A stretch of 64,000 nucleotides of DNA from a virus: positions 64,001 through 128,000 of the IMG/VR virus record IMGVR_UViG_3300031857_000028. One strand, 5' to 3'. The notes beneath the pieces were generated by a model. That model made no database searches, had not been told where the DNA came from, and worked only from the letters and a program-made list of their open reading frames with translations. A program made the position numbers and the translations under genes. How positions within the stretch are numbered: position 1 is the first letter of the stretch; every line of letters starts with the position of its first letter. This document shows, in pieces, positions 18,746 to 27,735 of the stretch.

Positions 18746-20356
18746 TTAGACGAGTGCAAGCTTGTCGATGTAGATCTTTGCGAAGAATTCCGGACGGACA
18801 ATCTTCTTGGCATAACGTGTCATCACGCCACGGCGTGGTGTGAAGTTTGCTGGGTCGTACACAAGTGGTGTCATGATTAATGGAATGTATGGGGCATAGA
18901 CTGCACCAGTTTCCAAGAACTGATTGCCACGGAAGCCCATGAGCATTACGTTTTCCGTCATGTATGGGTTCTTGTATACGGTGAAGCGGTTCTGGAATGA
19001 ACCAATCTTCGTGATACCGGCTGCAAATTCCATCTTGTCACCATCTGTTCCGGCTGCAAAGCCAGGGATGGTTTCAAGAATTGTTGCAACTGTTGGTGAA
19101 ACAACTGCAAAGTTTGCACCACCACGCATTGTAAGTTGGTGAATACGGTTTGACACCTTTTGCATCTTCTGACCAAGTGTTTGGTACCAGGTCATGTTTG
19201 TCCATGCTGTTCCCGTGAAGGATGAAGCTTGGAAGTTTGAACCGTTCCATACTGAACCAATTTCTGCTGACCAGAAATCAACCGTTGGTGCTGCGTTGAT
19301 TAACATGTCAAGGATTTCAAGGTCAATTTCCATTGCAACATAGTCTGACAACATACTTGTCAATTCTGCTTCTGCATCAACTGAGTGGTATGCGTTCAAG
19401 TCTTGTGCAAGTTCTGGTGACCATACTGCCTTCAACTTACGTGTCTTGGCAACGATGGTTTCACTCTTGAGTTCCAAATCAATTTCTGGAATGTTGAGGT
19501 CTGTACCGTCATCCAATCCCGTACCTGCTGCCGAACCACGAATTGGGTCACGATCTTCGAAGTCACCACGAGCTGTGTCAACCGGTTGCTTACTGAATTG
19601 TACACTCGTAAGTGTCTTGCCTGACGCCACTGCCGTGTTAACGACGAATGTGATGTTTGTTCCATCATACTTGGTGAATTCAGGTAATACTAATGATGCA
19701 AAATCAACTCCTGAACCACTTGGTACGAATGAACGAATTGCCAAGTAGTCTGGGTTTGCAAATGCAGTCTTTGCAACAACGAACTTGGAAAGACTTCCAG
19801 TTGCTACGAATGCATCATTATAGTTAACATCGGCAAATGATGCAGATGCTGCTGATACTGATACCGTATTTGACGTTGCATTGTTGATGGTATAACCAAA
19901 ACGACCTGCACCATACAAACCACCCGTGTTCGTGTTACCGAATCCGCCCCATGTTGAAGCAGCTGCAGTACCATAAAGTGATTCGTTTGCTACCTGTCCG
20001 TTACGTGTACTTCCGTACTTGAAGTCCATGTAGAAAACCAACCCTGCTGGGAGGTTCATTGGTTGTACTGAAACGAAGTTCTTTGCTGCAATTGAACCGA
20101 AGACCTTACGAACTAATGGAAGTGCTACACCGGCCCATTGTTCGCCGGTTGCACCGGCTTGGTTGGTCTTACTGTTTTCTTGGAGAAGTTGTGTTGCTTG
20201 GTTTTCAAGCATCACAGCCATACCCTGCTTTTCATATCCCTTCAAGCCTTCCAAAAGGCCTGAACGTTCCCACTTACCTGCCAATTTACGGGTTTGGTCA
20301 ATCACATGCTTGTGAGCTGTTCCCGCTTCGTTAATAAAATCTTGTACATCTGACAT
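18746..20356 (-). CDS. gp23: Major capsid protein (T4 gp23-like)
   Basis: 536 aa. VQPMNLPAGLVF, AKTRKLKAVWSPELAQDLNAYH, YAPYIPL and PRRGVMTRYA motifs. SD AGGAGA. Confidence 0.97.
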   Translation of the reverse strand: MSDVQDFINEAGTAHKHVIDQTRKLAGKWERSGLLEGLKGYEKQGMAVMLENQATQLLQENSKTNQAGATGEQWAGVALPLVRKVFGSIAAKNFVSVQPMNLPAGLVFYMDFKYGSTRNGQVANESLYGTAAASTWGGFGNTNTGGLYGAGRFGYTINNATSNTVSVSAASASFADVNYNDAFVATGSLSKFVVAKTAFANPDYLAIRSFVPSGSGVDFASLVLPEFTKYDGTNITFVVNTAVASGKTLTSVQFSKQPVDTARGDFEDRDPIRGSAAGTGLDDGTDLNIPEIDLELKSETIVAKTRKLKAVWSPELAQDLNAYHSVDAEAELTSMLSDYVAMEIDLEILDMLINAAPTVDFWSAEIGSVWNGSNFQASSFTGTAWTNMTWYQTLGQKMQKVSNRIHQLTMRGGANFAVVSPTVATILETIPGFAAGTDGDKMEFAAGITKIGSFQNRFTVYKNPYMTENVMLMGFRGNQFLETGAVYAPYIPLIMTPLVYDPANFTPRRGVMTRYAKKIVRPEFFAKIYIDKLALV

Positions 20357-20375
20357 AATTTATATCTCCTGTATA

Positions 20376-21536
20376 TTAGATAATTCCTGCGAGTTCTTGT
20401 AGACGACGAGCTACCGTGTTTTCAACGATAACTTCTTTCTTTGGTGCTGTACTTGGGGTTACTTTTGAAGCAAACCCTTCAGTAACAACTTTCTTACGTG
20501 ATGATGCAAATGTCTTAGCTGCAGTTGAAAGATTTTCAACAAGTGCCGCATAAACAAGTTTCACTTCACGAACATTTGTTGCACGGTCAAATGATTCAAC
20601 AATACGAATCTTTTGTTCGTTAGTTAGACCTTCCTTACGGAAAATCTTGTTTGTGAAGAGTAACTTTGAGTTTAATAAGTTAACTTCTTGTAGGCGTTCA
20701 CGTAGGGTATTAATGACCGAACGATGTTGTGCCAATTCTTTCTTGAGTTCCGCAAGTTTAGCAGCCATTTCGGTTGATTTGTTCATGTCTTTAGCATGTC
20801 CCATGCCAGCGGCATGTTGTTCTTCATCATCGGCTTCAAGTTCTGCAAGAATTTCTTCAAGATCAATCTCTTGTTCATCATCCGCCATTTCTTCGCCAGA
20901 TTCCTCTGTTGTAGGAGCCTTTCCGAATTTTGAAACGTCGGATTCTTTCTTTCCATAACCTTCAGTTTTTGCTGGTACCTTAGGTGCGGCCGGTGCTTCT
21001 TCTTCACCTTCTTCCTCACCCTCTTCCTCACCTTCTTCTTCACCTGCATGTTCGGCTTCTGCAAGACGAGCAATATCTTCTTCTAATTCTTTGATAACTT
21101 CGTCAAGGTCGAAATCACTTTCTGACCAGTCATCATACCAGTCAGTATGGCTATCATCGACGTTTTCACCTCCATCACCGATAGCTGAAGTGTCAAATGA
21201 ATCATCTGACGGTTCCTTGTTGTCACCCGTTCCAACCGTTGATGAATCTGCTGGGAAGTCACTACCACCCTTTGCTTCTGCATCCTGGAATGGGAGTTCC
21301 TTTGCGGCTTCATCAGTTGGTTCTTCTGCACCAAATGATTCCTTCTTGATATCATCCGTTTCTTCTTTTTCTTCGCCTTCCATTGCTTCCACACGAAGAC
21401 GGCGCGCAATCATTTCACGAATTTGTGGGGTAATTGCTTCTTCTAATACGAGCTTTGCATTTGCGACAGCCGTTTCACGAACTGCTTCTGCGTCTGCAAT
21501 GGCTTGTTTTAAAAGATTGTTGGTAATCTTTGCCAT
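20376..21536 (-). CDS. Prohead scaffold/core protein
   Basis: 386 aa, highly acidic with coiled coil, EEEG repeats, ends RLQELAGI. Immediately upstream of the capsid gene. Confidence 0.8.
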   Translation of the reverse strand: MAKITNNLLKQAIADAEAVRETAVANAKLVLEEAITPQIREMIARRLRVEAMEGEEKEETDDIKKESFGAEEPTDEAAKELPFQDAEAKGGSDFPADSSTVGTGDNKEPSDDSFDTSAIGDGGENVDDSHTDWYDDWSESDFDLDEVIKELEEDIARLAEAEHAGEEEGEEEGEEEGEEEAPAAPKVPAKTEGYGKKESDVSKFGKAPTTEESGEEMADDEQEIDLEEILAELEADDEEQHAAGMGHAKDMNKSTEMAAKLAELKKELAQHRSVINTLRERLQEVNLLNSKLLFTNKIFRKEGLTNEQKIRIVESFDRATNVREVKLVYAALVENLSTAAKTFASSRKKVVTEGFASKVTPSTAPKKEVIVENTVARRLQELAGII

Positions 21537-21660
21537 ATTGTAATACTCCTGTAAGGAATGAAACAGATATTCTCATCTGTTATTTTGGATATAAAAATTC
21601 CCACCAATATTGAACATTAGTGTTTCACTATAATAAATATATTACTAATTCTCAAAAATA

Positions 21661-21876
21661 TCAATTATCGTAATGTTTTTGTCGTGCGGCTCTACGTTCT
21701 TCACGTTTTCTACGACGAAGTGCCTCTTGACTCTTAAATTTTTTCTTTTTTGATGGTTTTAAGAAATGTTCTCTGTTTTTTAACTCCTGCATAATTTCAG
21801 ATTTCTTAACCATCTTGGTGAATTGTTTTAATGCTTTATTCAATTCATCCTTGCCATCGTTAACTTTAATAAACAT
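21661..21876 (-). CDS. rpsU: Phage-encoded ribosomal protein bS21
   Basis: 71 aa, basic. ALKQFTKMVKKSEIMQELKNREHFLKPSKKKK matches the bS21 signature ALxxFK...RxxFxKPS. Confidence 0.9.
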   Translation of the reverse strand: MFIKVNDGKDELNKALKQFTKMVKKSEIMQELKNREHFLKPSKKKKFKSQEALRRRKREERRAARQKHYDN

Positions 21877-22575
21877 TTAATTGCCTTCCTTTGGTTTTGG
21901 TAATAAACGACCGTTTTGAACAGTGTGTGTGACAGTTCCATTCTTTCCATATCGACCAAATTTATAATCCTCTAGCCCCATCTGTTTTGCTTGAATTGCA
22001 ATCTGTGAGTCTGTGTTGTTGTCTGCGGGATTATTATCTGGTGACGTTGGAGTTGTATCTTTTTCTTCAGGATGTTCTTTTGCCTGATGAACAAGTAATT
22101 TTACTTCTGGGTATTTTTTACGAAGTCCTTCTACTGCTGCTACATTTTTAGGTGAGTCATCAACAAATGCAACGCGAGTAAATCCAGATTGTATATGTTT
22201 TTCTATATAATTTGCTTTTCTCTGCGGGTCAGAACTTCCTATAGCGGCAATACTCACACCGGAAGTAATTCCCATCATTTGTAAGAATTGTGCAACGGGC
22301 TTAGTATGGCCACGGGCAGTTAATATAGCAATTTTGTCAACTCGTTTATCTGCTATTGCTCTTTTTAAGAGCTGTACAAATCTACGAATTGGTCTTGGAT
22401 TTTTTAATTTCTCAAATTCAGAAAAATCAAACTTATCGCCTGGTTCTGGTGTGTAGACAGCATAATCAGGCGGGTCCATTTCCACAACCTCACCTGACGC
22501 TTTTGTGATGATAATCTTTGCATCCGTCTGTGCTAATGTGTCATCAAAGTCACTAACAAATAAAGTTTTAGACAT
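21877..22575 (-). CDS. HAD-superfamily phosphatase with a C-terminal small module
   Basis: 232 aa. Motif I DFDDT, motif II LTARG, motif III K, motif IV FVDDSPKN. Confidence 0.8.
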   Translation of the reverse strand: MSKTLFVSDFDDTLAQTDAKIIITKASGEVVEMDPPDYAVYTPEPGDKFDFSEFEKLKNPRPIRRFVQLLKRAIADKRVDKIAILTARGHTKPVAQFLQMMGITSGVSIAAIGSSDPQRKANYIEKHIQSGFTRVAFVDDSPKNVAAVEGLRKKYPEVKLLVHQAKEHPEEKDTTPTSPDNNPADNNTDSQIAIQAKQMGLEDYKFGRYGKNGTVTHTVQNGRLLPKPKEGN

Positions 22576-22578
22576 ATG

Positions 22579-22971
22579 TTAATGCGTTAGTATTTTATAA
22601 GAAAATGCCACCATTTCATTCAAAGTATGTTGAAAAAAAACACGTTGGTTATCTTCATTTAACTTATTCACTACCGTCATAATCATGTGTGCAGTAAATA
22701 TGTCAATTAATTGACCTTTTACATAATTTGGTGTGTTGGTGTTTATAATTTCATTCAATGTCATTTTTACATACATTGGATTATTAAAAATCTCATGTAG
22801 TTTTTTTACATTGACCGTTGCACCAGTGGCATATTTTTTTGCGTCTTGTGGGGAAATGGTATTTGCAATCTTTTTAATTTTGGAGTTTACTTTATCAGGA
22901 GAAATTTTTCCCATTTGATATGCATAAACTATTTTAAATAATTGCTGTTGTTTTTTACTAACCGATGGCAT
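22579..22971 (-). CDS. Hypothetical head-module protein (DUF3008-like N-terminus)
   Basis: 130 aa, MPSVSKKQQQLF...AKKYA. Confidence 0.55.
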   Translation of the reverse strand: MPSVSKKQQQLFKIVYAYQMGKISPDKVNSKIKKIANTISPQDAKKYATGATVNVKKLHEIFNNPMYVKMTLNEIINTNTPNYVKGQLIDIFTAHMIMTVVNKLNEDNQRVFFQHTLNEMVAFSYKILTH

Positions 22972-22976
22972 GATTC

Positions 22977-23228
22977 TTATACTTTAGATACTTTACCGGG
23001 AACCGGTATAGGTGCGCATGTACCAAATCCTTGTTCATTAATATCCACGCATAATAATCCAGGGCAACATCCCGACGTTTCTGTACAGGTGTCACCTAAT
23101 TTGGCACACGTTGGTGTCGGAATTGGATCTGGATTTGGTGTGATGTCTTCTGTTTTAGATTTTTTTGTATTGTTGACTATAATCCAACCAATAGTTGCCA
23201 TTGCAACTACCGCAAGTAATAATAGCAT
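22977..23228 (-). CDS. Small membrane-anchored protein with a 6-Cys knottin-like domain
   Basis: 83 aa. N-terminal hydrophobic helix, Pro-rich linker, C-x6-C-x5-CC-x4-C-x10-C. SD AAGGAGA. Confidence 0.7.
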   Translation of the reverse strand: MLLLLAVVAMATIGWIIVNNTKKSKTEDITPNPDPIPTPTCAKLGDTCTETSGCCPGLLCVDINEQGFGTCAPIPVPGKVSKV

Positions 23229-23239
23229 AATAATCTCCT

Positions 23240-23824
23240 TTATTTTACTTCGCTTAAGAAATCATGAACCAACTTATCAATTGTGTCATACGGTGTTATA
23301 ATATTACTGCTTACATTTTCATTGATGAATGCACCAAACGTTGATGGATTGGAAACAATGTCAAAACAAATCAAAGAAAAATCCTCTTGTACTTCTACCG
23401 TATTTTCTCCCATTTGACGAACCGACCCCATTCCACGGGATGATACCCCGAGACGAATATTATTCTTGATTAGTTCACGAACAATATTTCCTGTTGGAGT
23501 GGTGAGAATTTCAATATCTCCACGAACATCATCACCGTCAGGCCACAACCCAACGACATTACAACATACATTTTTAAGATTTACAACCGGTGATTCTGGA
23601 TGATCTAATTCACCAAGTGCTCTTCGTTGACTAACGAAATTTTGCTTGTATACTGCTGCTTCTCGCATGAGAATTTCTTTCGGATACACTCGACCGTTTT
23701 GATTTTTGGCGTTTGCACGTTGTAATACGACATTGCGAAGAATGAATGGTTTGTTACCGTCAATGGATTCCATTAACATATTTCTGTCGTAATGCAGTTC
23801 GGTATATTCACAGAGTAATGCCAT
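23240..23824 (-). CDS. gp21: Prohead protease (T4 gp21-like)
   Basis: NQNGRVYP, ALGELDHP, GVSSRGMGS and FDIVSNPS motifs. Likely start ATG 23824 (MALLCE). Confidence 0.95.
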   Translation of the reverse strand: MALLCEYTELHYDRNMLMESIDGNKPFILRNVVLQRANAKNQNGRVYPKEILMREAAVYKQNFVSQRRALGELDHPESPVVNLKNVCCNVVGLWPDGDDVRGDIEILTTPTGNIVRELIKNNIRLGVSSRGMGSVRQMGENTVEVQEDFSLICFDIVSNPSTFGAFINENVSSNIITPYDTIDKLVHDFLSEVK

Positions 23825-23825
23825 A

Positions 23826-24395
23826 TTATTTACTACCATCTCTAAAGGTATACAGTTTAGTTTTTGGGCTATAATCTAATCCACGATTAAAGTCAATTGA
23901 AACCGATCGAGTTGCCTCTGGATTCTCTGGGTCTAGACTGTAGGACGCTACTTTAAATGCTTTTTCTGGAACGCCCGTGAGCTGTTTCAGTTGGTCACCA
24001 GTGAGTCCACCACCTTGCTTCATAGCACTTTGTACCGCAGATGATTTTAATGCAGTAGTTAGTTTCTGTCGAACTGCCAAACCAACTTTATCTTTCATAT
24101 CTGCTGGGTCGGATAACTTTGCTGGTCCACCTTGATCGATTCCACGATTAAGTGGCATGGTAGCTGGATTTCGATTTTTTGGTTGTGTTCGTTTGAACTG
24201 TGTGTCAACTGTTTGTAATCGGCCGTCCACGGTTTTTGCCACATATTCACCGTTTGCGTTTGCCCAACGACCAAAACCAATACTGTGAAGCCCTTGTTGT
24301 TTTGCTTGCTGTGCGGCGGCATTCATTTTTCCAGGCAAATAATCACCAATTTTTTCGTCAACCATCTCTTGAATTAACTCTTTAAAAATTATCAT
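23826..24395 (-). CDS. Putative internal head protein
   Basis: 189 aa. N-terminus MIIFKELIQE. Shares an AKQxGL..FGR module with the HAD protein. Confidence 0.6.
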   Translation of the reverse strand: MIIFKELIQEMVDEKIGDYLPGKMNAAAQQAKQQGLHSIGFGRWANANGEYVAKTVDGRLQTVDTQFKRTQPKNRNPATMPLNRGIDQGGPAKLSDPADMKDKVGLAVRQKLTTALKSSAVQSAMKQGGGLTGDQLKQLTGVPEKAFKVASYSLDPENPEATRSVSIDFNRGLDYSPKTKLYTFRDGSK

Positions 24396-24397
24396 AG

Positions 24398-24904
24398 TTA
24401 TCCTCGTAATTCACGCAGTCTACGTGCAATTTCAATCAATCGGCCTTCCAATTTTGTCATTTGATTTTGTGTACGTTTCCATAAACTTTCGTTACTAATA
24501 CCATACTCATTCTTCAAACGACTGTTGTAATTTAAAACTTTCTCAACCATCTTTAACTGCTTATTAATTTCAGAAATGGCTTTTCCAATTTTTTGATGAG
24601 GAAGTGCTGTCTGGTCATTTCTATATTGATAATAATTTTCAGTCAGTTGATTTAATTCTGTTCTTAGGACATGCGCATGTTCTTTAAGATTATCAACTTT
24701 TTTAGAATCTTCATTTCCACGGTGTGTTAACGTATAGCCAATCTGCTTTGCCATAGCTTTTACACGACTAGCATTCATTTGACCAGAACCAGAAAATGCT
24801 TTAGGTGATAAATACCCAGCAACATTAGCTGTAGTTGAGATTTCATCTAGTCTGTCTTCGATATGCTTACGGATAAGTTCTCTCAATCGTTCTTCATTCA
24901 TCAT
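24398..24904 (-). CDS. Putative prohead core protein
   Basis: 168 aa. LRELIRKHIE...LDEISTTANVAGY, coiled-coil C-terminus. Between portal and protease. Confidence 0.6.
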   Translation of the reverse strand: MMNEERLRELIRKHIEDRLDEISTTANVAGYLSPKAFSGSGQMNASRVKAMAKQIGYTLTHRGNEDSKKVDNLKEHAHVLRTELNQLTENYYQYRNDQTALPHQKIGKAISEINKQLKMVEKVLNYNSRLKNEYGISNESLWKRTQNQMTKLEGRLIEIARRLRELRG

Positions 24905-24907
24905 AAA

Positions 24908-25786
24908 TTAACTCAACGAATCCAATTCGTGTGAAATTTCATATGCAATTAATAATGCAGTAATATAATTATCTTTTATTGTTGACTTATGTTGTATGTG
25001 TTGCAACTGTGATATTACTTCATTAATTTTAATCTTAGTAACGTCATTTTTAATTTTATGAGAATTCCTCTGTATCTGCCGTGTCAATGCTTTAGCTTCT
25101 TCTGCAACATAATTTTTAAACTTCTCAAGGTCCGTCCCGTTATTAATGTATTCACGTAATAAAGTTTTTTGTTTGTCACTGAAGTTACTATACTTTTCAT
25201 TGAATCGTTCTAATAAAAATTTATATGACAAGTATCTAATTTCTTCCGGCTGCTTCTTCAAAACTTCGGAGTATGTACTTTCTTTAATTATTTTTTCTTC
25301 TTTAAGTTCACCCTTTAGGTGCTCTACAACAACAAACCGTGCAGAAACCATTTCATCAATCTGCATAAACATTGAGGAATCTGTTTCTGAACGGTTGGTT
25401 GTTTCGAACAATTTATAGACCGATGCATACACTTTGTACGACGGGACTCTACCTGCCATAAATTGTTTCAAGTCACACTGTTGTTTTATTTCTTTAATAA
25501 GTAAGAATTTTTGTGCATTTAATAATTTTTCATTGAGCGTTTTACGTCTCTGCAAAATTATATTGAGCATATCCAAAGCTTTATTTTCAGACAACTTGGT
25601 CGTATTGAAAAACGTACGATATAGTTGTAATTCTTTTCCTAGTTCGGATTTAGAATGAAAATGTTCTCTCATAAGCTTTACCGCAAAACTATCGGACTTT
25701 CCATCCAATACGTCTGCAGCTACTTTTCTTACAAGTAGTTCGAACAAAATGCCGGTGTTACGTAATTTATTGTGTTTGATGTTCAT
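24908..25786 (-). CDS. Hypothetical head-assembly protein
   Basis: 292-aa helical protein directly after the portal gene (KHNKLRNTGILFELL). Confidence 0.6.
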   Translation of the reverse strand: MNIKHNKLRNTGILFELLVRKVAADVLDGKSDSFAVKLMREHFHSKSELGKELQLYRTFFNTTKLSENKALDMLNIILQRRKTLNEKLLNAQKFLLIKEIKQQCDLKQFMAGRVPSYKVYASVYKLFETTNRSETDSSMFMQIDEMVSARFVVVEHLKGELKEEKIIKESTYSEVLKKQPEEIRYLSYKFLLERFNEKYSNFSDKQKTLLREYINNGTDLEKFKNYVAEEAKALTRQIQRNSHKIKNDVTKIKINEVISQLQHIQHKSTIKDNYITALLIAYEISHELDSLS

Positions 25787-25847
25787 ATGTTATCCGTATT
25801 AGACGAGTAAACAACCACCATATATAAGTAAATATCTAGAAACATTA

Positions 25848-27725
25848 TTAACCTTCTGTTTTTTCATCAGTTAGCGAACTTTCACTTATAATTTGTCTGT
25901 ATTTGCTAGCTCCTTTTCGTTGCAAACTATTCAAGAACGTTTTTGTTTCTGTAGACAGTGTTCTTTTTACTGCTTTCTTATTTTCCTTGTGCCCAAACGG
26001 ATCACGACCAAGTGGGTGTCTGTCAGTACCAAACTTCAATCCTTCATAAGGCCGTCCGCCTTTATTTTTGGCCAAAGCTTCTTCAAGTTCAGGATTTTCT
26101 TCATCTTCATTGATGTCTTCTAAACTAGCAAGAATCTGGTCTACATCATCAATTTGTTGTTCTTCAGGAACTTCCTCCCCTTCAGGTGGCTGTTCTGCCG
26201 GAACCCCACCCTCAGGCGGCGCTGCTCCGTCCATCGGAGGTTGCTGTTGTTGCATCGGGTCCGGTGGTTGTAGTGCAGTTTGTTGCTCCTGCTGACGTTT
26301 TAAGTCTTCCATAATCTTTTCACGCTCTTTTGCAATTTCTTCGTCAGACATTTCTAAAATATTATTATATACCCAATCTTGAGAAAATAATACGGTTTGT
26401 CCGCCGGTCATTTGCTGAGCAAGTGCAAACTTTTCTTTCCAGATATTAATTTTTTCTTGTTCGTATAACGTGGAAGGATTTGTTAGTGAAAGTTCAAAGT
26501 TGATAAGATTTTCATCCGTAAACCCCTGTACATACAAATGAATAATTGCAATCTTCGTTAATTCCGAAATCATAATACGTTGAATGCGTTCAATCGTGCG
26601 TGCAAATCGAACGTCTTGTGCAGCCAACGTTGCCTTTCCATTTACATCTTCATCATATCCTATGAAAGATTTCGGTACTTTAAATGCCGCAAGAAGTTTC
26701 TTACGAAGATATTCAATGTCTTCAATAGCATTAAATTGTAATCCTTGCATGGTTTCAATATCCGTACCACTATCCTTCCCACGCACTGGGAGATAAAAGT
26801 CTTCTGTAATATTCTGCATATTATACCGAAGATTATAATCACCCGTTTTTTGATCAACCAATGGAACTTTTTTCATTCGGTCGATAATTCGTTGCATGTA
26901 CGTTTCTACTTCGGCGGGTGGAATATTTCCAATGTCAATTCTAAACTTACGTTTATCTGGTGCTCGCATAATACGATGAATTAACATTGCATCTTCCATT
27001 AACTGCAATTGTTTCCAAACACGGCGGCCGTTTTCAATCATTGCTTTGCCATACGGTAAGAAGTTGGTATCGGCCAGCAATCGAAAATGTGCAATTTCGT
27101 AATTATCGAACTCTGTTTTACCTAATGCCAAAAAGTCGTTCTGAATACTAAATCGTACAGAAAATGGGTTTCCAGGTTCTTCACCTTCCACACGGATGGT
27201 TTCATATACGGAAAGCGGTATGGCATTGACAATGCCATACTCATCGTGAATATCTAAATATAAAAAGAAATCTCCGTATTTTGCCATGTTACGAATCCAC
27301 GGCCAGAGATTAAATTCCACATTTAAAATATCATAAAACAAATTATGTAAAATTTCTTGAATACGAGTATCGTCGGTTTTAATAGTTAAAATACGATTAA
27401 ATTCGTCCTTAACCGTAGATTCATCTGCATAAATATCTAATATAGAAGAAACAATAGGGTCATTGTCCATCATATCATAATCACGGAATAGTTGCAGTCT
27501 TGCACCTTGAAATGCTGCAGCAGCCTCGTAACGGCCGTGGTGTGACCCGTATCCACCCGTCCCTGACTGATAAACCCGGTGGTATCGGTCAACCCCTCGA
27601 CGGTTTACGAATGACTGAATTTGGTCCGTGTCTGCAATTCTTAGTTTTTTGCCACCGACATTTCGTACAATTGTGTTAGTAGAAAAAAGTTTTTTTAATC
27701 TACTAAAAATACTCGTATCTGCCAT
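25848..27725 (-). CDS. gp20: Portal protein (T4 gp20-like)
   Basis: 625 aa. MEDAMLIHRIMRAPDKR, IDIGNIP, EDFYLPVRG and DVRFARTIERIQ motifs. Confidence 0.95.
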   Translation of the reverse strand: MADTSIFSRLKKLFSTNTIVRNVGGKKLRIADTDQIQSFVNRRGVDRYHRVYQSGTGGYGSHHGRYEAAAAFQGARLQLFRDYDMMDNDPIVSSILDIYADESTVKDEFNRILTIKTDDTRIQEILHNLFYDILNVEFNLWPWIRNMAKYGDFFLYLDIHDEYGIVNAIPLSVYETIRVEGEEPGNPFSVRFSIQNDFLALGKTEFDNYEIAHFRLLADTNFLPYGKAMIENGRRVWKQLQLMEDAMLIHRIMRAPDKRKFRIDIGNIPPAEVETYMQRIIDRMKKVPLVDQKTGDYNLRYNMQNITEDFYLPVRGKDSGTDIETMQGLQFNAIEDIEYLRKKLLAAFKVPKSFIGYDEDVNGKATLAAQDVRFARTIERIQRIMISELTKIAIIHLYVQGFTDENLINFELSLTNPSTLYEQEKINIWKEKFALAQQMTGGQTVLFSQDWVYNNILEMSDEEIAKEREKIMEDLKRQQEQQTALQPPDPMQQQQPPMDGAAPPEGGVPAEQPPEGEEVPEEQQIDDVDQILASLEDINEDEENPELEEALAKNKGGRPYEGLKFGTDRHPLGRDPFGHKENKKAVKRTLSTETKTFLNSLQRKGASKYRQIISESSLTDEKTEG

Positions 27726-27735
27726 ATAACCTCAC

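Noticed and set aside
20995-21050. 12-bp repeats in the scaffold gene
   Set aside because: They encode an EEEG low-complexity acidic linker, which is ordinary for scaffold proteins.
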